A DNA stretch of 64,000 bases from an uncultured Acidimicrobiia bacterium. GTDB taxonomy: Bacteria > Actinomycetota > Acidimicrobiia > IMCC26256 > JAENVU01. Under the pieces are notes generated by a model. The model saw nothing but the letters and a program-made list of their open reading frames with translations, was not told where the DNA came from and made no database searches. The position numbers and the translations under genes are program-made. The stretch is from the NCBI GenBank assembly GCA_963701625.1, contig CAVPAT010000013.1, positions 611,215 through 675,214 on the forward strand, read 5' to 3'. The first letter of the stretch is position 1; each line of letters starts with the position of its first letter. Positions 52,248 through 63,030 of this stretch are shown here, one piece after another.

Positions 52248-54846
52248 ATGTTGCACCGTCTTCGTCGCAGCAACGCGGCCATTGCCGCGATCGCGCTGTC
52301 CGTCGTCATGCTCGGGTGTCGACCGGTGCACCCGCTGCGGCCACCGGGTGCGGTCGACGTCGACCGGGCCGGGTACATCCTTCCGCCGGGAAACTACGGC
52401 GGGTTCCCGACGACCGCGAACTCGCTCGATCAACTCCCCCTGTACGACGCGTTGACGCCGCTCCGCGGCAACGTCACCGACGATGATCTCGACCGAAACT
52501 TCCTGCCGGAGAACTTCGAGCCTGTCGGCGCGACCACCGAGGAACCGACCGGCCGACCCGGCACCACCGTCCTCTACGACTCGTACGGCATCCCGCACGT
52601 CCATGGCGAGACCCGTGAGGACCTCGCGTTCGGCGCCGGTTGGGTCACCGCACGCGATCGGGGACTGCTGCTGCAACTCGGTCGCGGTCCGTCCCGCGCG
52701 GCGGTCGCCGACGTTCCCGGCATCAATGCGTTCGGGCTCGTCACCAGCGGGCAGTCCTTCGTCCCGAGCGCCGCGGCCGAGCAGCTGGTGACCGACCAGG
52801 TCCAGCTGATCATCGACACGTACGGCGACAAGGGACGCGAGATGGTCCGCGAGATGCAGGCCGAGGCCGACGGCATGACCGCGTACTTCCAGTACGCGGG
52901 AATCCCGGAACCGCCGGCGACGGTGAACGACGTCATCGCAGTCACGGCGTTCATCGGCTCCATCTTCGGCGCCGGCGGCGGAGCCGAGGCCAGCAACGCG
53001 GACTACCTCGCGAAGCTCCAAGCCGGCTTGGGAGCCGAACGCGGTCGTCAGGCTTGGGAAGACACGATGCTCTTCGACGATCCCGAAGCGCCGACGACGA
53101 TCCGGGAGCGTTTCGACTATCCCGTCCTCACCGGGGGCGCGGTCACCGGCTCGGTCGGCATCGACGCGGACTCGATCGTCTCGCTCGATCCCCGGGCTTC
53201 TGGCGCCGGGGCTCTGGTCTCGGCGAGTTCCGCGGCTCCGGACCCCGGCGAACAACCCACATACCCCGCCGCCGGTCCCGTCCCGAAGAAGCAGGCGTCG
53301 AACTTCCTGGTCGTCAACCCCTGGCGGTCGCGGACGCGCAACACCCTCGCCGTCATGGGTCCCCAACTCGGCTATTACTACCCCGAGATCGTGCAGCAGA
53401 TGCACCTCTCCGGTCCCGGCATCGAGGCCCAAGGAATCGTCGTGCCGGCCGCGGCGATGTACCTCCTCATCGGACGGACCGCCGACTACGCCTGGAGCCT
53501 GACCTCGGCGAGTCAGGACGTGCGCGACGTCTTCGCCGAACAACTCTGCAACCCGGACGGGAGCACCCCGACCCGAGCCTCGAATCACTACATGTTCAAC
53601 GGAGTGTGTCGACCGTTCGAGACCTTCGATGCCGGTACCCTGAACGGCACGCCCATCCGCTACCCGGTCTCGGTCCATGGTCCGGTCATCGGTACCGCCA
53701 CTTCGGACGGCGCTCCGATCGCACTCACCCGCAAGCGCTCCACCTTCGGGCGCGACGGACTCAACCTGGCTGCGCTCCGGGACATGACCAACGGCGAAGC
53801 GAGTACCCCCGAGAAGTTCTGGACCGCGGCCAACCAGTTCGGATTCACCTTCAACTGGGCGTATGCATCTCGGAAGACGACGGCGTATTTCGCTTCGGGG
53901 TACCTGCCCGTTCGAGCGCCCGGACTCGACCGGCGCCTTCCCACCAATGGCTCCGGCGACTACGAGTGGCGCGGCTTTCTCACGCGCGATCAGCACCCGC
54001 ACTCCGTGGGCGGCCCGGACGGGTTGCTGCTCAACTGGAACAACCAGTCCGCACCCGGCTTCATGCACGGTGACGACGAGCCGTACGGCTCGGTCCACCG
54101 GGTCGAACTCTTCGACCAGTACCCCCGCAAGGTGACGTTGGCCGACGACGCGAGCGTCATGAACCGGGCCGCGACCGAGGACGTGCGCTCGCCGGTCTGG
54201 CCCGTGGTCAGCGATGTCCTCCACACCGGTTCGGCACCCAGCCCGCTGGCCGCCGAAGTCGTCGACCCTACTCGACGACTGGGTGGCCCGTGACGCGCCG
54301 ATTCTCGACGCCGACAACAGCGGCGAGTACGACGAAGCCGGTCCGACCGTCATGAACGCGATCTGGAATCCGATCGCGGATGCCGTCGTGCGGCCCGTGT
54401 TCGGCGATCTCACCAGCGAGCTCAACCGGGTGCGTGGCTTGGGGTCCCTCAGCGGCGAATCGATCGTGGACAAGGACCTTCGTACGCTGCTCGGCCGGAA
54501 GGTCGCCGGGAAGTTCCAGTTGCAGTACTGCGGCAACGGTTCGCTCGACGCGTGTCGGAGCGCGCTGTGGTCGGCGGTGGAGCAGGCGGCCGACGGTCTC
54601 GCCGCGTCGCAGGGAACGACCGATCCGGCGACCTGGCGGAGTTCGGCTCGCCGCCAGGGCTTCACCCCCGGACTCATCAGCGACACGATGCGCGCCACCA
54701 ACCGGCCGACGTTCCAGCAGGTCATCGAGTTCGTCGGCGGAGGCGGGCACCCGGGCCCGTGCTCGCGCCCGGGGAATCCGCCCTGGTGGGCGAACGGTGG
54801 CAAGGGTTGCGAACGCCACCACGAGCACGGGTCACGGGACCGGTAG
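52248..54846 (+). CDS. penicillin acylase family Ntn-hydrolase (apparent frameshift)
   Basis: ATG at 52248 after GGGGAG, with a signal/lipobox-like VVMLGC. YDSYGIPHVHGET. The putative Ntn nucleophile is the S in KKQASNFLVV. The C-terminal part (LLDDWVARDAP...NRPTFQQVIEF) is in ORF 54214..54846. An extra C appears in the CCC run at 54266-54268. Confidence 0.8.
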
Positions 54847-54876
54847 CCCGGCAGGCGAGGGACTCCCGGTCCTAAC

Positions 54877-55924
54877 GTGGCCCGGATGATCGAAGAACCG
54901 GCGATCCGCGACGATCTCGCCCGCGCACACCGCGCCGTCCTCGAGCATTGGGCCCAACCGGGCGGTTGGTGGACCGGCGCCGAACGACTGGCGATCGTCA
55001 CCGAAAGCCGAACCGCGCGTGCCGCCGCACCGCTCCCTCCCTGGGTGGCTCCAAGCACCGTCGACGGTCTCGTACCGACGGGGCATCCGCTCCCGCCCGC
55101 GGCTATCGACGCGATCTGGCGGCTGACCAACCACCCCGCCACCCTCACCGCCGAGACCTACATGGCCACGATCGAGCGGGGACTCTCACCCCTGCATTAC
55201 GTGGAACTCGTCGGCATCGTCGCCACCGCCGCCGCCCTCGACACGTTCCGGACGGCCCTCGGGCTCCCGCCGTACCAACTGCCCGCACCGGCACCGGGCG
55301 AACCGAGCGGCGACACGCCCACTGGCCTCGCAGTGACGACCCACTGGGTGCCGACGATCCCCGCCGCAACGGTGCACGTCCTGACCGCGCTCGAGCGCGG
55401 ATGCCGGCGGCAACGAGGCGCGGGCCCGCCTCGCGACCGCGCAGTACGTCCCGGCCGAGGCGCTCATCGGCGACCTCGCGTGGGGTCGCGAATCGCTCGA
55501 TCGTCGCCAGATCGAGCTGGTCGCAGCCCGCACCTCAGCGCTCAACGAGTGCTTCTACTGAACTGCTTCCCATTCGCTGTTGCTCGGTCTGAGCAGCCTC
55601 AACGCCGGCACCGAGGTCGATGTCCGGATCGTCGGCGCCGACGGAACCGGTGACGGTGGCGTCGCGCACGGCGCGACACTCGTCGCGTTCGTCGAAGCGG
55701 TGCATGCCGGCGACGCCGAGCAACTCGATCTCGCGCGGACGGAAGTCCAGGCCGCGTGCGGGAGCGCCGGGCTGGTCGACGCCGCCGCGGTGTGCGCCAA
55801 CTTCCAGATGATGAACCGCATCGCCGACGGCACCGGGACGCCCCTCGACGAGATGGCGGTGGCGCCGTCGGAGGAGTTGCGCGAGACCCTCGGACTCGAC
55901 GCGTACCCGAGCCGGCGACTCTGA
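54877..55924 (+). CDS. AhpD/carboxymuconolactone-decarboxylase-like protein, candidate selenoprotein (in-frame TGA 55559-55561; one apparent frameshift at about 55398)
   Basis: Frame-2 codons 55550-55573 read C-F-Y-TGA-T-A-S-H, which is the AhpD core CxxCxxxH with TGA at the second Cys. The same frame continues for 121 codons (ORF 55580..55924). The N-terminal 170 aa come from ORF 54877..55653. Confidence 0.6.
55579..55597 (+). promoter_or_regulatory. bacterial SECIS-like hairpin
   Basis: GUUGCUC-GGUCU-GAGCAGC: a 7-bp stem (one G-U pair) with a 5-nt loop, starting 17 nt after the TGA. The GGUC loop resembles the E. coli fdhF SECIS apex as I recall it. Confidence 0.5.
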
Positions 55925-55935
55925 CCAAAGCTGCA

Positions 55936-56929
55936 TCAACTGCCGAGCGAGCCCGCGAGCTTGGCGTCGAGTTCACCGATCGAGAGCCAACCAGCGAATC
56001 GAATCTCGCAACGTCTCCTCGACCGGGCGCCACTGCACCCCGAGCACATCTGAGTTGCGCGACTGTCGAAGGGCACGGCGCGACTCGCGAGAGGTCATCG
56101 CCTCGAGGGTCAGCGGAAAATCGAACGGCCGGACCCGTTTGACCAGGTCGCCGCCCCGACCCGCCAGCCGGAGCAACCGGCCGGGCATCGGCACGCTACG
56201 CCGTCGGACCCCGGTGACCCGGGTGAGCGTGTCGTGCATCTGGGACCAGGTGAGAAAGGTGCCGCCGAACATCCAGCGCCCGGGTTGACCGAGCGCGTGC
56301 TCGATACCGAGCGCGACGTCGCGCACATCGACCACTCCGGTTCCCGAACTCGTCCGGGGTGGCGTTCGGATCCACACCACCAGCGCCTCATGATTCACGC
56401 TCACGCCGGGTCCGTCCGGGCCCAGTACTCCGGACGGGTAGACGATTGCTAGCGGCGCACCGGCGGCCTGGAACTCCCTCGCCACCCGTTCGGCGCCGAT
56501 CTTGGAACGCGTGTACGAGCCGCCCTCATCCATCAGCGACGTCTCGGGGGTGATCGTTCCGGTGTCGATGCGGAACACCGTCGTGCTCGACACTGTGACG
56601 GCGGGAAGCGACCCGCGCCGCGGCTTCGCCCAGGACGTTGCGCGTACCTCCGACGTTGATCGCCTCGGTCTGTTCCGAGTCACTCGCGGCGAGCGACACC
56701 TGCGCAGCCGCGTGGACCACCGCGTCGCAGCCGTCGACGGCCTTGGCCACGCTCGGACGATCAGTCACATCTCCGACTATCACCTCGACGTCGACACCGA
56801 CGAGAGCGGGACGCGCGCCACCTTCGCCGGATCCCGGACGAGCAAGCGCACCGCCCGTCCGCTCCGCACGAGCTCCGCGGCGGTATGCGATCCGACGAAC
56901 CCGGTTCCCCCGGTCACGAGCACCGTCAT
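55936..56929 (-). pseudogene. NAD-dependent epimerase/dehydratase family gene, heavily frameshifted as sequenced
   Basis: MTVLVTGGTGFVGSH starts at ATG 56929 (ORF 56780..56962). Switch at GGG 56808-56810 to ALVGVDVEVIVGDVTD...AVVHAAA. Switch at about 56611-56614 to VSSTTVF...YTRSKIGAE...VDVRDVA (ORF 55973..56683). Further shifts are probable near 56060 and 55975, with a plausible tail GELDAKLAGSLGS ending at 55936. Confidence 0.7.
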
Positions 56930-56974
56930 GGCCGGATGCTGGCACAGCCGAGGCCGGCGCACGACCCGCGCGGT

Positions 56975-58079
56975 CTACCCGACGCCGGCTTGCATCATCT
57001 GGCGATACACCGCAATACGCCGGCTTGGCCGAGCGGTCGAACCGCAACAGCCCGAGGTTCTCCCACTTCGCACCCCGGTTCGGCGTGCGATCCCGCACTC
57101 CCATCACGAACATCGGCCCGGTGAAGTCCGCGAACTCCGTGTTCCATCCGAAGTAGTAGTCACGGATCCACTGGGCCTGCTGCGCTTCGGTGAGTACGCC
57201 GGCCGCGGTTCCGGTCGCGGCACCCATCTCGGTCGCCCAGATCTTCTTGGCGCCGTCGCCGTGCTGCACCATCAGATCGTGCAGCGCCCGGGTCTGGGTG
57301 AAGGCGTTCCAGTGCTGCGCGTCGAGTGGGTTGGTCGGGAACGAGTACGGGTGATGGCCCACTGCGTCGAAGTTCCCGCGAGCTCCACGGTCGTAGAGGG
57401 CCCGCAGCCAGGTCGCGGGCTGGTAGTCGGTGCCGTCCGGGGCGTCGGGCGCCGGCGCGGTCCCGCCCGTCACCACGACCGCCGACGGATCGACGGCCTT
57501 CACCGCCGGATACGCAGACTTCAACATCGCCGCGTACACATCCGGGTTCGGCTTGGGCATCGCGAACTCGCGATGGTTCGGCTCGTTCCAGACCTGCCAG
57601 TGGGTGATGGTGCCGCGAAGGAGCGGGAACGGGGATTGGGACCCGTACCGCTGGGCCGCCGCCATGAGGAACCGCCCGAAGTCCGCGGGGTTGGCCGGCA
57701 GGCAGTGCAACTCCCCGGGCGGGCAGTCGCTTCGGCGTGCCCACTGCGGTGCGTACGCCGCGGTCCCGAGGATCTTGAGTCCCCGCGCCCGCGCATTGAC
57801 GACGATGCGATCCGTCGCCCGGTCCCACCGGTAGCTCCCCGGCCCGTCGCCCTGAATGCTCTTCCAATCCACGTCGATGTTGATCCACGTTGCGCCCGTC
57901 GCGGCGATCGCGTCGAGGTCCGCCGCCTGTTCGGCGTCGTTCATCCAGATCAGATCGGATCCGGGCGAGATCCCCGCCCGCGCCGCAACCTGGGCCGCGG
58001 GCACGGGCGGCGCCGCACCCCCCGGGCTTCTGGCCACGCAACCCGAGGCGACCATGGTCGCCAGGAGCGTGAACGCCAT
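56975..58079 (-). CDS. clan GH-A glycoside hydrolase (GH5/GH39-like) lipoprotein (apparent frameshift near the 3' end)
   Basis: MAFTLLATMVASGC lipobox start at 58079. WQVWNEPN (acid/base Glu) and IWATEMG (nucleophile Glu). After about 57016 the natural-looking tail AVYRQMMQAGVG ends at TAG 56975-56977. The raw ORF 56526..58208 reads on out of frame. Confidence 0.7.
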
Positions 58080-58366
58080 CAGCGCCCGACGGGATGGACG
58101 GACGGCAATCGATCTCGGGCACGACACGGCACTGCGACACACGACGGACTCCCCTGACGGCAACTGGCTCGAGGCGACCCAGCCCGACCGGTGCGTGCTC
58201 GCGTGCACGTTCCGCTCTCCGCCTCGGAAGAGGTATCGGCACGTGGTCTCCGAAATCTGTAGTTCGAACGACCTACCAACCGGAATGCACGAAGACGGCC
58301 TTACGGTCCGCGAAACGAGGACCGGATCCGGGCCGCGGTATGCGCGTTGCTCGATACCGTGCTGGC

Positions 58367-58948
58367 ATGCGTTGGATACGAGCCCACAAACCGGTTGCGG
58401 CGCTGATCGGAGCGGGAGTCCTCGGCATCGTCGCCTGGGTCGCGTTCGGGATCTTCGGGGTCCACACCCTCTTCATCGACAAGAGGGTCGACGAGGCGGC
58501 ACCGGAGTTCGCGTCGCAGCAGACGCGGCCAGTCACCTCGACGACGACGGTCGCGGCTCCACCCGTCGACGAACCGACCTCCACCACCACCACGACGGTC
58601 CCCGTGGTGCGCACGGTGGCGTCCGGTTCCTTCATCAGTCGAAGTCATCCGGCGTCCGGGCGGGCCGAAGTGTTGTCCGACACCGTCCAGACGTTCCTGC
58701 GGTTCGACGACTTTCGCACCGACAACGGCCCCGACGTCTTCGTCTACCTCAGCGCGGGGGTCGATGCGTCAAGTCCCGAGGGGGCCCTCGACGATGACTT
58801 CATCGACCTCGGCCGTCTCAAGGGCAACATCGGCAGCCAGAACTATGAGCTCCCCGCTGGCGTCGACCTGGCGCGCTACGACACCGTCGTCCTCTGGTGT
58901 CGCCGTTTCTCGGTCGCCTTCGGGACGGCGGATCTCGCCCCGGCCTGA
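58367..58948 (+). CDS. DM13 domain-containing membrane-anchored protein
   Basis: ATG at 58367, an N-terminal TM helix, then GSFISRSHPASG...LRFDDFRTDNGPDVFVYLS...LGRLKGNIGSQNYELP...YDTVVLWCRRFSVAFGTADL. Confidence 0.8.
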   Translation: MRWIRAHKPVAALIGAGVLGIVAWVAFGIFGVHTLFIDKRVDEAAPEFASQQTRPVTSTTTVAAPPVDEPTSTTTTTVPVVRTVASGSFISRSHPASGRAEVLSDTVQTFLRFDDFRTDNGPDVFVYLSAGVDASSPEGALDDDFIDLGRLKGNIGSQNYELPAGVDLARYDTVVLWCRRFSVAFGTADLAPA

Positions 58949-58959
58949 CCGACGCCGGC

Positions 58960-59885
58960 TCAGCCCGCAGTCGCCCGGCGTCCGCCCTCGAGCCAGATCC
59001 GCAAACTGGGATCGAGCTTCGTCGCGGCCGCGTCGTACAGCGCCAGATCGTCATCAGTGAGGACGTCGCGCCAGCGGCCGTTGGTGCCTTTGTAGAAGAA
59101 CCGGGTCGCCCCACCGTCGAAGACCATCGCCGAGAGGTCGTCCTCGCCGCGAGCTTCTTCGCGCATCGCGTCAATACCAACGTCCGCGAGCAGCGCCGGC
59201 CACGAATCCTCCTCGACGACGATCTCGAGAAAGTCGGCGATGCGCTGCATCTCGCCACGGGTATCGACGAGGAGATCGCCGTAATGAACGAACAGGACAT
59301 TGGGCACGTCGCCGCGCCGCCCACCACGTCGCGAGATGGTGGTGGTGGGACCAGAACGGCCACCCATCGGGCTCCCACTCGAACCACCCTTCCTGAATCC
59401 AACGCGGCCCACACCTCACGCGGATCTCCAGGGCACCTGGGCAGCGGCGGTCCCGGCCGCCCGTCGTCGTTGAGCAGCAAGTACATCGTCTCGGTGTAGG
59501 AGGAGTAGTGGTTCCAGAACGACATGAAGACGTCGCGGGTATCACGACCGACGACGAGATACTTCGCCTGCGGCAAGAAGCGGAGCCCGTCAGCCGCGAG
59601 GTGACTCTTCATGAACCGGCGGTGCTCCTGCGCCTCGAGCATCTCCAAGCACGGCTCGAGTGGACCCTGAAAGCGCGCGTCGACCCACGGTGATACTTCC
59701 CGCAGGTTGACTGGCCCCGGACCGAAGACCAATGCCGCGACGATCCGCTGCGTCCACGTGGTACCCGCCTTGTAGGCGGTGGTGATGACGATGTCGTCGT
59801 CGCGGGGGACCAACGCATCCCAACGGGTGCTGTCGAGGTGGTGGTTCCGATACTCGCGGGTGCGCTGGGGAAAGGCATCGCTCAT
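58960..59885 (-). CDS. sulfotransferase family protein (two apparent frameshifts)
   Basis: [16 protein letters not shown] (PAPS 5'-phosphate loop), KSHL and VGRDTRDV. The frame changes at the CCC run 59408-59410 and at about 59311-59318. It continues [22 protein letters not shown] / [14 protein letters not shown]...[12 protein letters not shown]. Confidence 0.8.
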
Positions 59886-59936
59886 GTCGCGTGAGTGTAG
59901 GGACCGCGGCTGCGGCCAACCTGGGAGACTCGGCGC

Positions 59937-60425
59937 ATGACGGCAACCTCCGACCTGCTCGCCCACCTGACCCCGCGACTGTTCCAGCAGGCCTTCGTCG
60001 TCGCGGACCTCCCCGCCGCCGCTACCGCGATGCGCGCGACCCTCGGCTGCGACGAGTTCATGATGCTGCCGGCGGCGGACCTCGACTACCAACTGCGCGG
60101 CGCGACGGTCTCGTGCGCGCTCGAACTCGGCTTCGCCCGATCGGGCAACATGCAGATCGAACTGCTCCAGCCGCAGCGGGGCGAAGGTCTCCACGTCGAG
60201 TTCCTGGCGACGAACGGGCCGGGGCTTCACCATCTCGGCTTCATGGTCGACGACCTCGAAGCGATCACCGACCTCGCGGCCCGAGCCGGACACCCGCAAC
60301 TCATGGGTGGAGCGTTCGGCAGCCTGCGGTTCGCCTACCTCGACACCTGGACGGCGATGGGTCTCTACGCCGAAGTCGTCGAGGATCCGGATGGCATGAT
60401 GTGGGGCCTCAAGCCCTGGCGCTGA
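59937..60425 (+). CDS. VOC/glyoxalase-bleomycin-resistance-dioxygenase family protein
   Basis: 162 aa with IELLQP...GPGLHHLGFMVDDLE. Confidence 0.75.
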   Translation: MTATSDLLAHLTPRLFQQAFVVADLPAAATAMRATLGCDEFMMLPAADLDYQLRGATVSCALELGFARSGNMQIELLQPQRGEGLHVEFLATNGPGLHHLGFMVDDLEAITDLAARAGHPQLMGGAFGSLRFAYLDTWTAMGLYAEVVEDPDGMMWGLKPWR

Positions 60426-60458
60426 CCGTCGGCGGTGGCGACGCCGGCTCGTTGTGGC

Positions 60459-61235
60459 TCAGCTCGCCAACATCGAGTAGCTGTTGCGAAACTCGTCCTG
60501 AATCACCTGCGCAACCGCCGCGGTCGTGTCGACGCGCAACGCCGCGTCGAGGCGGCGGGCCCCGTAGGTCCACCCAGCCGGGAGCGCGAGCCGCGAACCG
60601 AGACCCGCGAGCGCGGCCTCATCGAGGTTCGGATCCCGCTCCTGACTCCACGACTGCATGACGTAGGCCGCGCCGTCGGCATCGGTGATCTCGTAGACCG
60701 TGCTCCCGGCGCCGAAGGTGAACGAAGCAGCCCGATCGACCGAGTTAACGGTGTACGGCTGTTGGGCGGTGACCGGATCCGCAATCGCGACCGTCGCCCG
60801 CTGGATCATCTCGAGCGCCCCGAACGTCTTGTGCGGTTGTTCGCCCGTGTCCAGCTGCTCGACGGTGTCCATCAACCAGTACCGGGGACCGTTGAGATTC
60901 GCGAGCGTGACGTCGTTCTCCACGGCCAGCTCGGAGGCGTCCAGCTGTTCCCACTCGGACTGCGGACAGTCGTTGAGCCCGTACGTGTTGTAGACGTCCG
61001 CGACGAGACCGCCCGGGCCCGGGTTCAGCAGGAGCACCTCGCAATACCGCTCGCCGCGTAGGTCGGTCCCCGTGCGGGTCCCGGCCGCGGCGATCGTCGT
61101 GCTCGACCGGGAGTCGGTCCGGGACGCGTCAGAGCCCGATGCACCGCACGCGGCCAGGGAGGCGCCCGCGGCGAGCGCTACAACTCCGAGCGTCCACGCC
61201 GCGCGACGAGCGTGCGCCGGACCCGCTTCGCTCAT
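60459..61235 (-). CDS. lipoprotein of unknown function
   Basis: 258-aa ORF. Signal peptide with lipobox LAAC (VVALAAGASLAACGAS). No recognisable motifs. Confidence 0.6.
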   Translation of the reverse strand: MSEAGPAHARRAAWTLGVVALAAGASLAACGASGSDASRTDSRSSTTIAAAGTRTGTDLRGERYCEVLLLNPGPGGLVADVYNTYGLNDCPQSEWEQLDASELAVENDVTLANLNGPRYWLMDTVEQLDTGEQPHKTFGALEMIQRATVAIADPVTAQQPYTVNSVDRAASFTFGAGSTVYEITDADGAAYVMQSWSQERDPNLDEAALAGLGSRLALPAGWTYGARRLDAALRVDTTAAVAQVIQDEFRNSYSMLAS

Positions 61236-61262
61236 CGGACTCCCGCGGAGCGGGAGCGCCGA

Positions 61263-62874
61263 TCAGGGTTCCCAGACGTAGGAGAGCATGATCCCCATCT
61301 GGCCGAGCTGGGCGTTCTCGTTGTCGTACCGACCCGTGACGTTCAGGTTCATCCCCGCCGTCACCGGTGTCTCACCCGAGCACGGTGTGATCGAGTGGAG
61401 CATCCCGTTCGGCATGTAGTTCGCGGTGGAGGTGCAGACCGCGTTGCCGTTCTGGGACAACGTGATGTCCTGGCCGCCCGGGTGGACGTGACCGCCGGTG
61501 AACACACGAGTTCCGGCGCGCGGCGCCGTGTAGGTCGCGGACTTCGTGAAGATGCTGCCGGGACCGCCGCCGCCGGGGACGTCGAACTCGGAGTCACCCC
61601 AGCAGCCGTCGACGTCGTAGAAGTACGTCGACACGGGGCGTGCGTTCGTGAGGTCAGTGATGTAGTCGACCTCGTAGGTGATGTAGAGGGTCTGCGCAGT
61701 GGCCGAGCGATTCATCAGGTGCCACAGAGCGCGCCAGGGGTCGCTCGCACCCGTCTCGTAGACGTAGTCGCCGCTGAGATTCAGCTCGGTGCGCTCCATC
61801 CCGGTACCGCCGAAACGATTCGGCAGTGAGGGGCACAGCGAGTCGGGGCGGCTCTGGTCGAGCATCACGATGTGGTGCAGGTGCGCGACATCGTGGCCCA
61901 CGGACTGGCCGAGCGCGTTCTTCACGTCGAAGCGCATCCCCTTGATGCCGATGTGACCCGCGGGACGCGGCACCGGGGCCTGGGTCTCGTCATCGTCGCC
62001 GGCCTGACCCTGCGGAGCAAGATTGAATGGTCCGACGGAGAACGACTCGGTCGTGACCGGGACACTGTCGTCGTCGTCGACGATCGTCCCCATGCCCATG
62101 TTGTCGGCGACGGCTGCGCCGTTCGCGTTCTGCAACATCACCATGAACTGCTCGTCGGATTCGTCGGTGACATCCGAGAGCACCCTGACCGACACCGCCT
62201 TCTTGAACTGACCGGCCTTGAAGTTCAAGATCTTGTTCTTGGCCTTGTAGTCAGAGCCTGACGATGCCGTGGAGGGCATGATCATCGCCGTCACCGACAC
62301 CGGTGCGGCGGCCTTGTCCGAGAGCGTGACCCAGAACTTCGCGGTGCGGGTCTTCGCGTGGCCCTCGTGCACACTGACGTCACCGACGCCGAGCCGAAGC
62401 CCGGAGCCGGCTTCGTCGTCGATGATCGTCCCGACTCCCTGCCGCGTCGCCGATCACGGCGCCGCCCGTCGGGTTCGACAACATCACGTGGAGCTGCTCA
62501 TCGCCTTCACTCGCCACGTCCGGGATGACCGGCACGTTCACGGGCTTCTGTACCTGGCCCGCTTTGAGGGTGAGCGTCTTGGTCCCACCCCGCAGCGGCT
62601 TGTAGTCCGACCCCGCGGTCGCGGACATCGCCATCAGCGAGTACTGGAACGTGACCGCGGTTGCGGCCGGTTCCGACATCGCGACGTTGAAGCTGAGCGT
62701 ACGCTTCCCGCCGGTGTCGCCCTCGTGGACCGATGCGTCACCGACCGAGATCGTCGGCGTCCCGGCGGCGCCCACGGTCGAGACCGTCGGCCCCGCTGCG
62801 ACCGCGAGGCCAGCAGTACTGACCGTGACCAGCCCGATGGTCGCGAGCGCGCGACGCGTGAACGAGATGTGCAT
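61263..62874 (-). CDS. secreted protein: two Calx-beta domains + C-terminal PHM/DBH-like putative copper monooxygenase domain (apparent frameshift)
   Basis: ORF 62380..62874 contains a signal peptide and Calx-beta 1 (TISVGDASVHEGD...GSDY...EGDEQL). It joins ORF 61263..62372 at about 62440, which carries Calx-beta 2 (VSVHEGHAKT...GSDY...ESDEQF...GTIVDDD). The C-terminal domain has the ordered motifs HLHHIVML, WHLMN, GGHVHPGG and QMGIMLSYV. Confidence 0.6.
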
Positions 62875-63030
62875 GTGATCTCCCCCAGAAGCTTCCGCAC
62901 ACCATCGCAGAGAGTTCGTTCGCGGTTCCGTGACGGGCCTGTTGCGATTTGATGCGCTTCGGACATTCCTGGCCGGTCGCGACGGTACGGGGAGCTCGGG
63001 CGGGAACCCCAGAGAAACACCGACCGCCGG

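Noticed and set aside
51858-55148. A 1096-aa ORF on the minus strand, the longest ORF in this part of the window
   Set aside because: It is antisense to the well-supported S15 hydrolase, penicillin acylase and AhpD-like genes. Its translation is Arg/Gly/Pro-rich low-complexity sequence typical of shadow frames in high-GC DNA, with no recognisable motifs.
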